Positions 14,039-22,632 of a DNA stretch of 44,288 bases are shown here, in pieces; position 1 is the stretch's first letter, and every line of letters begins with the position of its first letter. Position numbers and translations under genes: made by a program. Origin of the DNA: Rhodospirillales bacterium (lineage in GTDB: Bacteria > Vulcanimicrobiota > Vulcanimicrobiia > Vulcanimicrobiales > Vulcanimicrobiaceae); the NCBI GenBank assembly GCA_025359485.1, contig JANYGA010000291.1, forward strand, positions 1 through 44,288. The letters run 5' to 3'. Below the pieces are notes generated by a model. The model was not told the origin of the DNA and ran no database searches. It worked only from the letters and a program-made list of their open reading frames with translations.

Positions 14039-15049
14039 ATGTTGCTCTTAGGAATCGAGACTTCGTGCGACGATACGGCGACGGCCGTGGTCCGCGATGG
14101 CCGTACGGCGCTCTCCAACGTCTCGACGAATCAAGATGCGTTCCACGCGAAATTCGGCGGCATCGTTCCCGAGATCGCGAGCCGTCAGCATCTCGCGCTT
14201 CTGAGCGCCGCCGTGCAAGACGCGCTCGAACGCGCGAACGTCACGCTCGCCGATCTCGACGGCATTGCGGTCACGGCGGGACCGGGACTCGTCGGCAGCC
14301 TCGTCGTCGGCGTCGCATCGGCGAAAGCGATCGCATACGCGGCGCGCAAACCGCTCTACGCGGTCAATCATCTCCACGGCCATATCTTCGCGCCGTTCAT
14401 CGATTCCGGGATCGAGCCGACGTACCCGTTTCTCGCGCTCTTGGTCTCGGGCGGGCACTCGCAACTCGTCGCCGTGCACGGACCGACCGATCTCCGCATC
14501 GTTGCGAAAACGCGCGACGACGCCGCGGGCGAAGCGTTCGATAAAACGGCGCGCCTTCTCGGGCTGCCCTTTCCCGGTGGCCCCGAGATCGATCGCCTCG
14601 CGCGCGCGGGCGACCCAAAGGCCATCGCCTTCCCGCGTTATCGCGCAACCGGCGACGCACTGGACATGTCGTTTTCCGGAATTAAAACAGCCGTAAAGTA
14701 TTTTCTCGATACCGACGCGGGTCGGGCCACGAGTCACGCCGACATCGCGGCTTCGTTTCAAGCGGCGGTCGTGGACGTGCTCGTCGATCGGCTCGATCGC
14801 GCCTCGCGGCGAGCGCCCTACACGGCCGCCGTCCTCTCGGGTGGCGTCGCTGCCAACTCCGCGCTACAGACCGCATTTCGCGCGTGGGCCGAGCAGCGGG
14901 GCATCGCGTGTGCGATCCCACACATGCGTTTCTGCACCGATAATGCCGCCATGATCGCGGCCGCCGCCGACCGCCAAGGCGAGATCGTGCGATGCGACCC
15001 GCGGACGCTCGCGGCAAATCCCGCGCTGCCCTTCTCCACATTTACATAA
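14039..15049 (+). CDS. tsaD: tRNA N6-adenosine threonylcarbamoyltransferase TsaD (Kae1/Gcp family)
   Basis: The N-terminus is 'MLLLGIETSCDDTATAVV'. The metal site is 'VNHLHGHIFAPF', followed by 'LLVSGGHSQL' and 'GGVAANSALQ'. The length is 336 aa. Confidence 0.95.
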   Translation: MLLLGIETSCDDTATAVVRDGRTALSNVSTNQDAFHAKFGGIVPEIASRQHLALLSAAVQDALERANVTLADLDGIAVTAGPGLVGSLVVGVASAKAIAYAARKPLYAVNHLHGHIFAPFIDSGIEPTYPFLALLVSGGHSQLVAVHGPTDLRIVAKTRDDAAGEAFDKTARLLGLPFPGGPEIDRLARAGDPKAIAFPRYRATGDALDMSFSGIKTAVKYFLDTDAGRATSHADIAASFQAAVVDVLVDRLDRASRRAPYTAAVLSGGVAANSALQTAFRAWAEQRGIACAIPHMRFCTDNAAMIAAAADRQGEIVRCDPRTLAANPALPFSTFT

Positions 15050-15090
15050 CGATCGACCTGTGGAAGCTGTGGATTGAGCACGCTGTAGGG

Positions 15091-16218
15091 CTACGGCCGT
15101 TCGCGCGCCCAACGGCGAATCGCCGTCTCGGTGACGCGCCGTTCGAGTGCATGTAATTCCGTTTCGAGCGCATCGCGGTCGCGATCGACGGCCAAGCGTA
15201 GCGGCGCACGCGCGTAGACCGAGCCACGGTCGACGGCGACGCCGACGCGATGCATCGTCGCCCCGCTCCATCCCAGACCCGCGGCGAGCGCCTCGTCGAA
15301 GGCGTGCGCGCCGCGAAATGCGGGGATGACGGTCCTATCGGGCATCGTGATCGTATCGAGGGCGAAATCATACGGCAGCATCGCGGGATGGATGTTGAGC
15401 GTTTCGGGAAAGCGCGCCAGAAAAATCGCGGGCAAGACGTGCATCCAGCCGAGCAACAGCACGAGATCGGGTGACGTCTGGGCAACCGCGGCGATCACGC
15501 GATCGTCGTATGCGTCGCGCGATTCGTTCGCGCGATCCCAGGCGATGCAGCGCGTCGCGATGCCCGCGGCGTGAGCGCGTTCGAGCGCGTAGGCTTGCGG
15601 CCGATTCGCGACGAGCGTCGTGATGTCGAGTGGGACGCAACCTGCGGTTGCGGCATCGAGCAAGCCTGCGAAATTGCTGCCGTTTCCCGACGCGAGGACC
15701 GTCGTCCGATAACGCCGTTCGGTGCGATCGTCGACGCTTTGGACGAAGCGTGCGTGCGCGTGGCGTTCGAGAAATCCGATCGCGTCCGCGCCGTCGACCG
15801 CGGGGACGAGCGCCTGGCGATAGCCACGCTCGCGCATCGAGAATGCAGCGGCATGCAAGAGCACGCGGCCGATGCCGCGACCGCGCGCCGCGGGCACGAC
15901 GCCGAGCGGACCGACGATCCCGACACCGTCGCGCGCCATCCAAAAGCGGAGGTCGTCGTAGGCAAGTCCGCGTGCGTCGAAGGCCGCAAAGCCGACGAGT
16001 TCGCCCGCTTCGTGCGCGAGCCAAATGCCGCCCGCGGCCGCTTCATACGACGCCGTTCCCCCGAAGCGATCGTCGATCCATGAAAGGACCGTCTCGGGCG
16101 TGCGATGATCGCGACCACAGTAGATGCCGCGCTCGCGATCGAGCGCCTCGATCTCGTGGTGGACGTCGTCTTGAGCGAAGAGGGTGTCGTCGAGATCGAT
16201 CAGCAGATGGCTACGCAT
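15091..16218 (-). CDS. purN: GNAT acetyltransferase-like domain fused to phosphoribosylglycinamide formyltransferase (PurN)
   Basis: The N-terminal ~170 aa carry GNAT motif A 'GPLGVVPAARGRGIGRVLLHAAAFSMRERGY'. The C-terminal ~200 aa are PurN: 'TTVLASGNGSNFAGLLDA', 'DLVLLLGWMHVLP', 'NIHPAMLP' (catalytic N/H) and 'ATMHRVGVAVDRGSV' (Asp). An extra ~15-aa segment 'YDFALDTITMPDRTVIPA' sits between 'HPxxLP' and 'F.G'. The start is 7 nt after the purM stop. Confidence 0.85.
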   Translation of the reverse strand: MRSHLLIDLDDTLFAQDDVHHEIEALDRERGIYCGRDHRTPETVLSWIDDRFGGTASYEAAAGGIWLAHEAGELVGFAAFDARGLAYDDLRFWMARDGVGIVGPLGVVPAARGRGIGRVLLHAAAFSMRERGYRQALVPAVDGADAIGFLERHAHARFVQSVDDRTERRYRTTVLASGNGSNFAGLLDAATAGCVPLDITTLVANRPQAYALERAHAAGIATRCIAWDRANESRDAYDDRVIAAVAQTSPDLVLLLGWMHVLPAIFLARFPETLNIHPAMLPYDFALDTITMPDRTVIPAFRGAHAFDEALAAGLGWSGATMHRVGVAVDRGSVYARAPLRLAVDRDRDALETELHALERRVTETAIRRWARERP

Positions 16219-16225
16219 CCGCGCG

Positions 16226-17317
16226 TTAGGTGCGCGCGGGGTGCACGACCACGGGTGGATCTCCTGCGACGCGTTCTTCCACCCAGCCGATCACGCGCGC
16301 GCCCTGCCACGCCGCCGCCGCTGCCGCGGCTTGCGCGCGCGCAACGATGAGCGTGTAGCCGATGCCCATGTTGAGCGTGCGGTATTTTTCGGCATGTTCG
16401 AGCTTGCCGCGACGCACGAGTTCGGCGATGAGCGGCGGCACGCTCCAGCGCGAAGCTTCGAAGACGGCCTTACACGACGGCGGCAACGTCCGCGGCACGT
16501 TTTCCAGCAGACCGCCGCCCGTGATATGCGCCATCGATTTAATGTCGGCGACGGCTTCGATCGCATGCACCGCCGGTGCGTACGACGGATGCTCGACCAG
16601 GAGTGCGTCGAGCCACGTAACGCCGGGTTCTGCGCCGGGAAGCTGGGCGCGCCACTGGTCGACCGGCACGATCGCGCGCGCGAGCGAGTAGCCGTTGGTA
16701 TGAAGTCCGATCGAGGGAATGCCCACGATCGCATCGCCCGCTTCCACGCGCGCGGGATCGGGCACACGCGCGCGATCGACCATACCGACGATCGTACCCG
16801 CGAGATCGAAGTGACCTTCCTGATAGAGGCCCGGCATCTCCGCGGTTTCCCCGCCTAGAAGTGCGCAGTCATTCACGCGGCAGGCGCGTTGCACGCCCGC
16901 AACGATCTCGGCCGCGACGTCAGGATCGAGCTTGCCGACCGCGAGATAATCTAAAAAGAAGAGCGGCTTTGCGTTGACGACGAGAATGTCGTTGACGCAG
17001 TGGTTAACGAGATCCGCACCGACGCTGCCGTAGCGTTTGGCTTCGGCTGCGATGAGGATCTTCGTCCCAACACCGTCGGCCGACCCGACGAGCGCGCGCG
17101 TCGAATCGCCCGGCATTTCGAAGAGACCACTAAATCCGCCTATGGCGCCGAGCTGGCTCGGATGGCGCCATTGTGACGTCACATCTTTATAACGCGCGAC
17201 CGCGGCATTGCCGGCAGCGATATCGACTCCGGCTCGCGCGTATGCATCGGGGAGGGGCGCGTCGCTCGATGCTCGCAATTCGTCCGGATTCCGCATTCTC
17301 GCAATCCATTCCACCAA
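16226..17317 (-). CDS. purM: Phosphoribosylformylglycinamidine cyclo-ligase (AIR synthetase, PurM)
   Basis: Motifs are 'YARAGVDIAAGNAAV', 'GSADGVGTKILIA', 'VNHCVNDILV' and 'HITGGGLLEN'. The start may be the internal ATG at 17296 (MRNPDEL..). Confidence 0.95.
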   Translation of the reverse strand: MVEWIARMRNPDELRASSDAPLPDAYARAGVDIAAGNAAVARYKDVTSQWRHPSQLGAIGGFSGLFEMPGDSTRALVGSADGVGTKILIAAEAKRYGSVGADLVNHCVNDILVVNAKPLFFLDYLAVGKLDPDVAAEIVAGVQRACRVNDCALLGGETAEMPGLYQEGHFDLAGTIVGMVDRARVPDPARVEAGDAIVGIPSIGLHTNGYSLARAIVPVDQWRAQLPGAEPGVTWLDALLVEHPSYAPAVHAIEAVADIKSMAHITGGGLLENVPRTLPPSCKAVFEASRWSVPPLIAELVRRGKLEHAEKYRTLNMGIGYTLIVARAQAAAAAAAWQGARVIGWVEERVAGDPPVVVHPART

Positions 17318-17331
17318 CTGAAAGGTACGTC

Positions 17332-18870
17332 ATGCAATTCCACGTCACGTCGGGAGCTCCGAGCGCGCTGAGTGCGGGAGCCCTCGTCGTCCCCGTCTTC
17401 GCCGACGGCCGCCTCGATGGCGCCGCGCAAGCCGCGGACTCCGAGCTCGGCGGTGCGATCGCAGACGTCTTGGCATCGGGCGAGATCGCGGGCAAAATCG
17501 GCGAGGTCGTCCTCGTCCACGCGAGCGGTCAGAGCTTCAAACGCGTGCTCGTCGTCGGTCTCGGCAAACGCGAGAAATTCGACATCGCCGGGCTCGCCGC
17601 GTATGCGGGTGCCGCGGTACGGTATCTCGGCAAACGCAAGGTGACGTCGCTCGCAATCGCGCTACCGCTCGAAATCGGCACGCATGCCAATCGCGCTGCC
17701 GCATTCGTGGCCGAAGGCGCCCTTGCGGGCACGATCGATAGCACGACGTATCGGACCGAGCCCGAGAAGCCGATCCTCATCGATACGGTCGCCATCGTCG
17801 CGACCGCGGGCGCACACGAATTCGATCGCGCGGCAATCGAGAGCGGCATCGCGCACGGTGCGATCCTGGGTGAGGCCGTCAACCTCGCGCGCATCCTCGC
17901 GCTCACGCCAGCAAACGACATGACGCCGAAGCACCTCGAAGCGAAAGCAGGCGAGATCGCGAAAGCAACGGGACTGAAGTTTCACGCACTCGACGAAGCA
18001 CAGATGCTCGCCAAGGGCATGGGCTCGATCCTCGGCGTCTCGCGCGGAAGCGACGAAGAAGCGCGCATGATCGTGCTCGAGTACATCGGCGATCCGTCAT
18101 CGTCGGAAAAACTGGCACTCGTCGGCAAGGGCCTCACCTTCGATACCGGCGGCATCTCGATCAAACCCGCGCAAGACATGCACGAAATGAAATACGACAT
18201 GTGCGGCGGCGCGGGCGTCCTCGCGGCGATGTCGGCGATCGGCCAGATCAAGCCGAAGGTCAACGTGATCGGCATCGTTCCCGCAAGTGAGAACATGCCT
18301 GGTTCGCGCGCGATGAAGCCCGGCGACATCTTACGCGCGATGAACGGCAAGACGATCGAAGTCATCAACACCGATGCCGAAGGTCGCCTCATCCTCGCAG
18401 ACGCGCTGTGCTACGCGCGCGAACTCGGCGCGACCAAGATCGTCGATGCCGCAACGCTTACGGGCGCGATCGTGGTCGCGCTCGGCCATAGCGCGACGGG
18501 CACGATGTCCAACGACGACGCGTTCTGCGAGAGCTTCCTCGACGTCGCTAAGACGACGACTGAAAAGTACTGGCATCTCCCGCTCTTCGACGAGTTCTCA
18601 ACCACGGTGAAAAGCGAGATCGCCGATCTGCGCAATTCGACCGGACGCGCCGCGGGCTCGCTCACGGCAGCCGCATTCCTCAAAGCGTTCGTCGGCGAGA
18701 CGCCGTGGATCCATCTCGATATTGCGGGCACCGCATACACCGATAACGAGACCGCGTCGCTTGCGAAGGGGCCGACGGGCTATCCCGTGCGCGCGTTCGT
18801 AGCCCTCGTTGAAGCGATGGCCGAGCAACCCGCGCACGCACGCAACGGCTCGACGCCGGTCGCCGTTTAA
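17332..18870 (+). CDS. pepA: Leucyl aminopeptidase PepA (M17 family)
   Basis: The M17 signature is 'NTDAEGRLILADAL', with 'VGKGLTFDTGGISIKP' and 'MKYDMCGGAGV'. I chose the ATG at 17332 (MQFHVTS..), preceded by gaaagg. The ORF-track start at 17173 would overlap purM on the opposite strand. Confidence 0.95.
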   Translation: MQFHVTSGAPSALSAGALVVPVFADGRLDGAAQAADSELGGAIADVLASGEIAGKIGEVVLVHASGQSFKRVLVVGLGKREKFDIAGLAAYAGAAVRYLGKRKVTSLAIALPLEIGTHANRAAAFVAEGALAGTIDSTTYRTEPEKPILIDTVAIVATAGAHEFDRAAIESGIAHGAILGEAVNLARILALTPANDMTPKHLEAKAGEIAKATGLKFHALDEAQMLAKGMGSILGVSRGSDEEARMIVLEYIGDPSSSEKLALVGKGLTFDTGGISIKPAQDMHEMKYDMCGGAGVLAAMSAIGQIKPKVNVIGIVPASENMPGSRAMKPGDILRAMNGKTIEVINTDAEGRLILADALCYARELGATKIVDAATLTGAIVVALGHSATGTMSNDDAFCESFLDVAKTTTEKYWHLPLFDEFSTTVKSEIADLRNSTGRAAGSLTAAAFLKAFVGETPWIHLDIAGTAYTDNETASLAKGPTGYPVRAFVALVEAMAEQPAHARNGSTPVAV

Positions 18871-18876
18871 GCGCAC

Positions 18877-20919
18877 GTGACCGCACCGTTCGCCAAAGCC
18901 GCTGCACGTGCAGCGGCTTTCGTGTCGACGCTCGCCGTCGTGCTCGCGAGCGCCGCATACGCCGCCCCGCCCGAGCGAACGCTGCATACGTTCGGCTCAC
19001 TTGCGATGTCGCCCGACGGCAAGCGTGTCGCCGCAATCGAAAGCGACGAAGCGCGCATGCTCGGAACGCCCGTGCGCCAACATCTCATCGTGCGTGCGAT
19101 CGGAGACGGCGCCGCACACGAAGTGATGTTGCCGTGCGAGCCGAGCACGGAATGCGTGCCGTCGTACCCGACGTGGTCGCCCAATGGCAAAGCGCTCGTC
19201 TTCGTCCTCAAAACCCCCAAATCGAAGCGGCGTTTTCTCTACAGCGTGACACCCGATGGGTTCGTGCCGAAGAAACTCTTGGCGTTCTCGGGCACGCTCG
19301 CCGAGCCGCGGTTTTCGCGCGGCGGCGAACTCGCCGTGCTCGCGACGCCGAACGCGCGCAAAGAAGTCGGCGCGACGCAGGCGGGCGCGCCGATCGTCGG
19401 TGAGATCGGCGTCGATGAAGACGAGCAACGCATCGGCATCGTCGCACCCGGCGGCAAACTCCGATTTGCCTCACCCGCCGATCTCTACGTCTACGAATAC
19501 GATTGGATGCCGAGCGGCGATACATTCGTCGGCACGGCCGCCCACGGAAACGGCGACAACAACTGGTGGATCGCGAAGCTCTACGCGTTCGACGGAACGA
19601 ACACGACGTCACGCGCGCTCTATACGCCGATCGATGCGAAACAACAGATCGCCGATCCCCGCGTCTCAGCCGATGGAAAATATGTCGCGTTCATCGGCGG
19701 CATCATGAGCGATTTCGGTTCGACCGGCGGCGATCTCTACACGGTGCTCGTCGGTGGCGGAACCGCTACCAACGTGACGCCGGGAGCGCCGCGTTCCATC
19801 CGTTCGATTTCGTGGGATTGCCGTAGTGATGCCGCACGACCGGCGACGCTTCGCGCGACGACGTTGCACGCGGGTGAAACTGCAGTCGAAACCTACAGCA
19901 TCGATGCATCGACCGGCGCCGATCACGATCGGGGCCGGTTGGTCGCACCCGATGCGATGTTGCCGACAACGCTCTGGCACGGTGCGCAATCGATCGGCGC
20001 GGGCGACGGCGCGTTTACGTCGGCGTGCGGTGCCGATATGACGGCGGTCGTGCGTCAAGATTTCGAACATCCGCCCGAAATCGCGGTCGGCAAACTCGGC
20101 GACTGGCACGATCTCACACACGTCAATTCCGCGATCGCTCCCGCCGTGCGAGCGACGAGCGTCACGTGGAAGAGCGACGCGTTCGAAGGCGTGCAGGGCT
20201 GGCTGCTCGCGCCACGCGATCTCGATCCCGCGAAAAAATATCCGCTCATCGTCGACGTTCACGGCGGGCCTTCTGCGGCGAGCGTCCCGCGCTTCGTCGG
20301 CGACGGAACCACGCGCGATTACGTGCGGGACGGCTACTTCGTCTTCTATCCCAACCCACGCGGCAGCTTCGGCAACGGCGAAGCGTTCACGCAAGCCAAC
20401 GTTCGCGATTTCGGCTACGGCGATCTGCGCGATATTCTCGCGGGCGTCGATGCCGTCGAAAAACGTGCACCGATCGACGACGCGCGCCTCGGAATCACGG
20501 GCGGGAGTTACGGCGGTTTCATGACGATGTGGGCGATCACGCAAACCACGCGTTTCAAGGCTGCGGTCGCGGGCGCGGGGCTCTCGAATTGGCAATCGTA
20601 TTACGGCGAGAACGGCATCGACGAATGGATGATTCCGTTCTTCGGATCGAGCGCGTATGAAGACCCGGCCATCTATCGCCGGTCGTCGCCGATCGATTTC
20701 ATCACGCACGCGAAGACGCCGACCTTCGCCTACGTCGGCGAACGCGACGTCGAAACGCCCGCTTCGCAGTCGCTCGAATTCTGGCATGCGTTGCACACGC
20801 TCGGCGTCCCGACGCAACTCGTCATCTATCCGGGCGAAGGCCACGGGATCCGCTTGCCCGCACATCGCGCCGACGTGACGAAACGCTCGCGCGCGTGGTT
20901 CGATACGTATCTGAAATAG
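18877..20919 (+). CDS. Secreted S9-family serine peptidase (acylaminoacyl-peptidase / dipeptidyl-peptidase-like) with an N-terminal beta-propeller
   Basis: The signal-like N-terminus is 'AAFVSTLAVVLASAAYAAP'. TolB-like propeller strings are 'MSPDGKRVAAI', 'WSPNGKALVFV' and 'VSADGKYVAFI'. The catalytic triad contexts are 'ITGGSYGGFMT', 'GERDVETP' and 'PGEGHGI'. Confidence 0.9.
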   Translation: MTAPFAKAAARAAAFVSTLAVVLASAAYAAPPERTLHTFGSLAMSPDGKRVAAIESDEARMLGTPVRQHLIVRAIGDGAAHEVMLPCEPSTECVPSYPTWSPNGKALVFVLKTPKSKRRFLYSVTPDGFVPKKLLAFSGTLAEPRFSRGGELAVLATPNARKEVGATQAGAPIVGEIGVDEDEQRIGIVAPGGKLRFASPADLYVYEYDWMPSGDTFVGTAAHGNGDNNWWIAKLYAFDGTNTTSRALYTPIDAKQQIADPRVSADGKYVAFIGGIMSDFGSTGGDLYTVLVGGGTATNVTPGAPRSIRSISWDCRSDAARPATLRATTLHAGETAVETYSIDASTGADHDRGRLVAPDAMLPTTLWHGAQSIGAGDGAFTSACGADMTAVVRQDFEHPPEIAVGKLGDWHDLTHVNSAIAPAVRATSVTWKSDAFEGVQGWLLAPRDLDPAKKYPLIVDVHGGPSAASVPRFVGDGTTRDYVRDGYFVFYPNPRGSFGNGEAFTQANVRDFGYGDLRDILAGVDAVEKRAPIDDARLGITGGSYGGFMTMWAITQTTRFKAAVAGAGLSNWQSYYGENGIDEWMIPFFGSSAYEDPAIYRRSSPIDFITHAKTPTFAYVGERDVETPASQSLEFWHALHTLGVPTQLVIYPGEGHGIRLPAHRADVTKRSRAWFDTYLK

Positions 20920-21794
20920 TGCCGATCTTCGAAGCGGTGCTCGAACGTGCGACCCGGCGCTATCGTGACGCGACACCCACGCTCGACGCGCTACGCGCGA
21001 CGCTCGTCGCGTGCGGAGCGCTCCCGCCGACCGGGGTGTTCGACAACGATCACGTTGCGTTCCGCACGTTCGGTGTGCCTGGACTCGGGATCGCGGCGAT
21101 CGAAAGACTCGTACGCACGTCGGGATACGAGCGACGCGACGACTTTCGCTTCGAAGCCAAACGTCTCGATGCCACGTGGTTCGCGCCTCCGCTCGCATCG
21201 CTGCCGCGCATCTTCGTCTCCGAACTGCGCGTCGACGAGCTTTCGCCAACCGCGCGACGCCTCGTCGCATCGTACGCCGATGCCGTCGCGCGCGAACGTG
21301 CACGACTGTGCGACCCGCAGGATGCCGATTCGATCGATGCGTTTTTGCAACGCACGCCATGGCCCACGCCCACCTACGCCGCGTACCGCACGCTGCTCGA
21401 CGAGAGCGAGTACGCGGCATGGGTTCTCGCGTTCGGACATATGCTCAACCACCAAACGTTTTCCGTACATACGATGCGAAACGGCTATCATGACATCGAG
21501 ACGCTCGTGGGAGAACTCGGTCGCGCGGGCCACGCGCTCGCCGAGAGCGGTGGCGCGATCAAGACGAGTGCCGACGGGCTGCTACGGCAAGCATCGACAC
21601 GTGCCGACGACATCGCATACGCCTTCGCATGCGGGCGCACCGGACGCATTGCGGGATCGTACGTCGAATTTGCGGAGCGCGGAATCTTTGCAGCCTTTGC
21701 GGATCTGCCACTCGATGCGATCGAACGGCATCATCGTCGCGACGGCTTCGAAACGCAAAACGCCGATCGTATCTTCGAGAGCACCGACCGCTAA
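20895..21794 (+). CDS. DUF1338 family protein (HglS-like 2-oxoadipate dioxygenase/decarboxylase family)
   Basis: 'FDNDHVAFRTFG', 'GHMLNHQTFSVH' and 'LLRQASTRAD..YVEFAER' match my memory of the DUF1338 metal-binding layout. An alternative in-frame GTG at 20919 overlaps the upstream TAG by 1 nt (TAGTG). Confidence 0.7.
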   Translation: MVRYVSEIVPIFEAVLERATRRYRDATPTLDALRATLVACGALPPTGVFDNDHVAFRTFGVPGLGIAAIERLVRTSGYERRDDFRFEAKRLDATWFAPPLASLPRIFVSELRVDELSPTARRLVASYADAVARERARLCDPQDADSIDAFLQRTPWPTPTYAAYRTLLDESEYAAWVLAFGHMLNHQTFSVHTMRNGYHDIETLVGELGRAGHALAESGGAIKTSADGLLRQASTRADDIAYAFACGRTGRIAGSYVEFAERGIFAAFADLPLDAIERHHRRDGFETQNADRIFESTDR

Positions 21795-21834
21795 CCGGGC
21801 AAGCGCATCGTTCGCGCGTGGCGAATGACGCACG

Positions 21835-22174
21835 TTGCTCCGTAAGTCGGCACTCGTGTTCGCCATTGCCCTCACCGCGTTCGCGTCGTTCCCAACGCTC
21901 GTCCGCGCCGAAGATGCGCGCGCCCGCATCCGCGCCGACGCCGTCGCCGACCGCGACGCCGACGCCGGGACCCACGTGACGTACGGCGACGGCATCTATC
22001 GCTCGCACGACGGCGGCAAGACGTGGAATCATCTCGGCCTCGAAAAAACGTACGCCATTTCCAAGATCTCACTCGATCCGCGCAATCCGCAGATCGCTGT
22101 CGTCGCAGCGCTCGGCGATCCGTTCAAAGCTAGTCTCGATTGCGGCATCTATCGCACGATTGATGGCGGCAAGA
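21835..22174 (+). pseudogene. N-terminal fragment of a secreted BNR/Asp-box repeat (sortilin/Ycf48-like) protein
   Basis: The signal peptide is 'MLRKSALVFAIALTAFASFPTLVRAEDA'. One intact Asp-box 'GIYRSHDGGKTWNHLG' follows. The second is broken: 'GIYRTIDGGKTRTK' has lost the W. After that the frame reads non-homologous sequence. Intact family members are much longer. Confidence 0.5.
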
Positions 22175-22263
22175 CGAGGACCAAGACGACCACGATTACC
22201 GAGGTAGAAGGTGAGGAACGTGGCGCCTTGCCGCTCGTTGCGCTTCCCCCTCCCAAGCCGACG

Positions 22264-22591
22264 CGACGCGTCGCCTTCGCGGGTATCGCCGGAGGTGAGC
22301 TCCGACCCTCGAGCGGCTACGCGTTCGTGCGCACGCAACGTCACGCCGCCGCGCTCGCGGAGGCGATTTCTAGCAACGCGCCTATCCGCCATCGCGACCA
22401 ACCGTTATCAGCTTTTGGACGCTGCTCTGCTCGCGATGTTGCGGAGTCGTGTCCTCGCCGCACCGGCGTTCTTCATGAGACTCTTTGCGAACGCCCCGCC
22501 CGATGCGATGGCGCGCTTCCTTTCCGATGACTCGACGGTAGCGGACGACGCACGACTCGTCACCGGTTTACTTCGGCCCACGGCACGGTAA
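22264..22591 (+). pseudogene. Frameshifted 3' remnant of a lycopene cyclase family (CrtY/CrtL-like) gene
   Basis: Frame 1 (22264-22383) reads 'RRVAFAGIAGGELRPSSGYAFVRTQRHAAALAEAI', comparable to the family 'G..G...P.TGY' segment. Frame 2 (22400-22591) reads 'YQLLDAALLAMLRSRVLAAPAFFMRLFANAPPDAMARFLSDDSTVADDARLVTGLLRP', comparable to the CrtY tail '[34 protein letters not shown]'. The N-terminal FAD-binding part is missing, and the frame shifts near 22385-22400. Confidence 0.5.
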
Positions 22592-22597
22592 CGATCT

Positions 22598-22613
22598 CGG
22601 CCGCGAACGGCCG
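22598..22613. terminator. Short GC hairpin between convergent genes (possible bidirectional terminator)
   Basis: The hairpin is cggccg-cgaa-cggccg, a 6-bp GC stem with a 4-nt loop. It lies between the end of the pseudogene region (22591) and the stop of the prolyl oligopeptidase gene (22633). There is no U-tract on either side. Confidence 0.2.
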
Positions 22614-22632
22614 GCGTCGCGAGGCACGGCCG

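Noticed and set aside
17173-17331. The N-terminal 53-aa extension of the pepA ORF-track entry.
   Set aside because: It overlaps the purM 5' end on the opposite strand. The ATG at 17332 is preceded by a purine-rich gaaagg and gives a typical PepA N-terminus.
19666-21420. A 584-aa minus-strand ORF spanning the S9 peptidase and DUF1338 genes.
   Set aside because: Its composition is extremely Arg/Ala-rich, as is typical of an antisense frame in high-GC DNA. The plus-strand genes carry catalytic-triad and family motifs.
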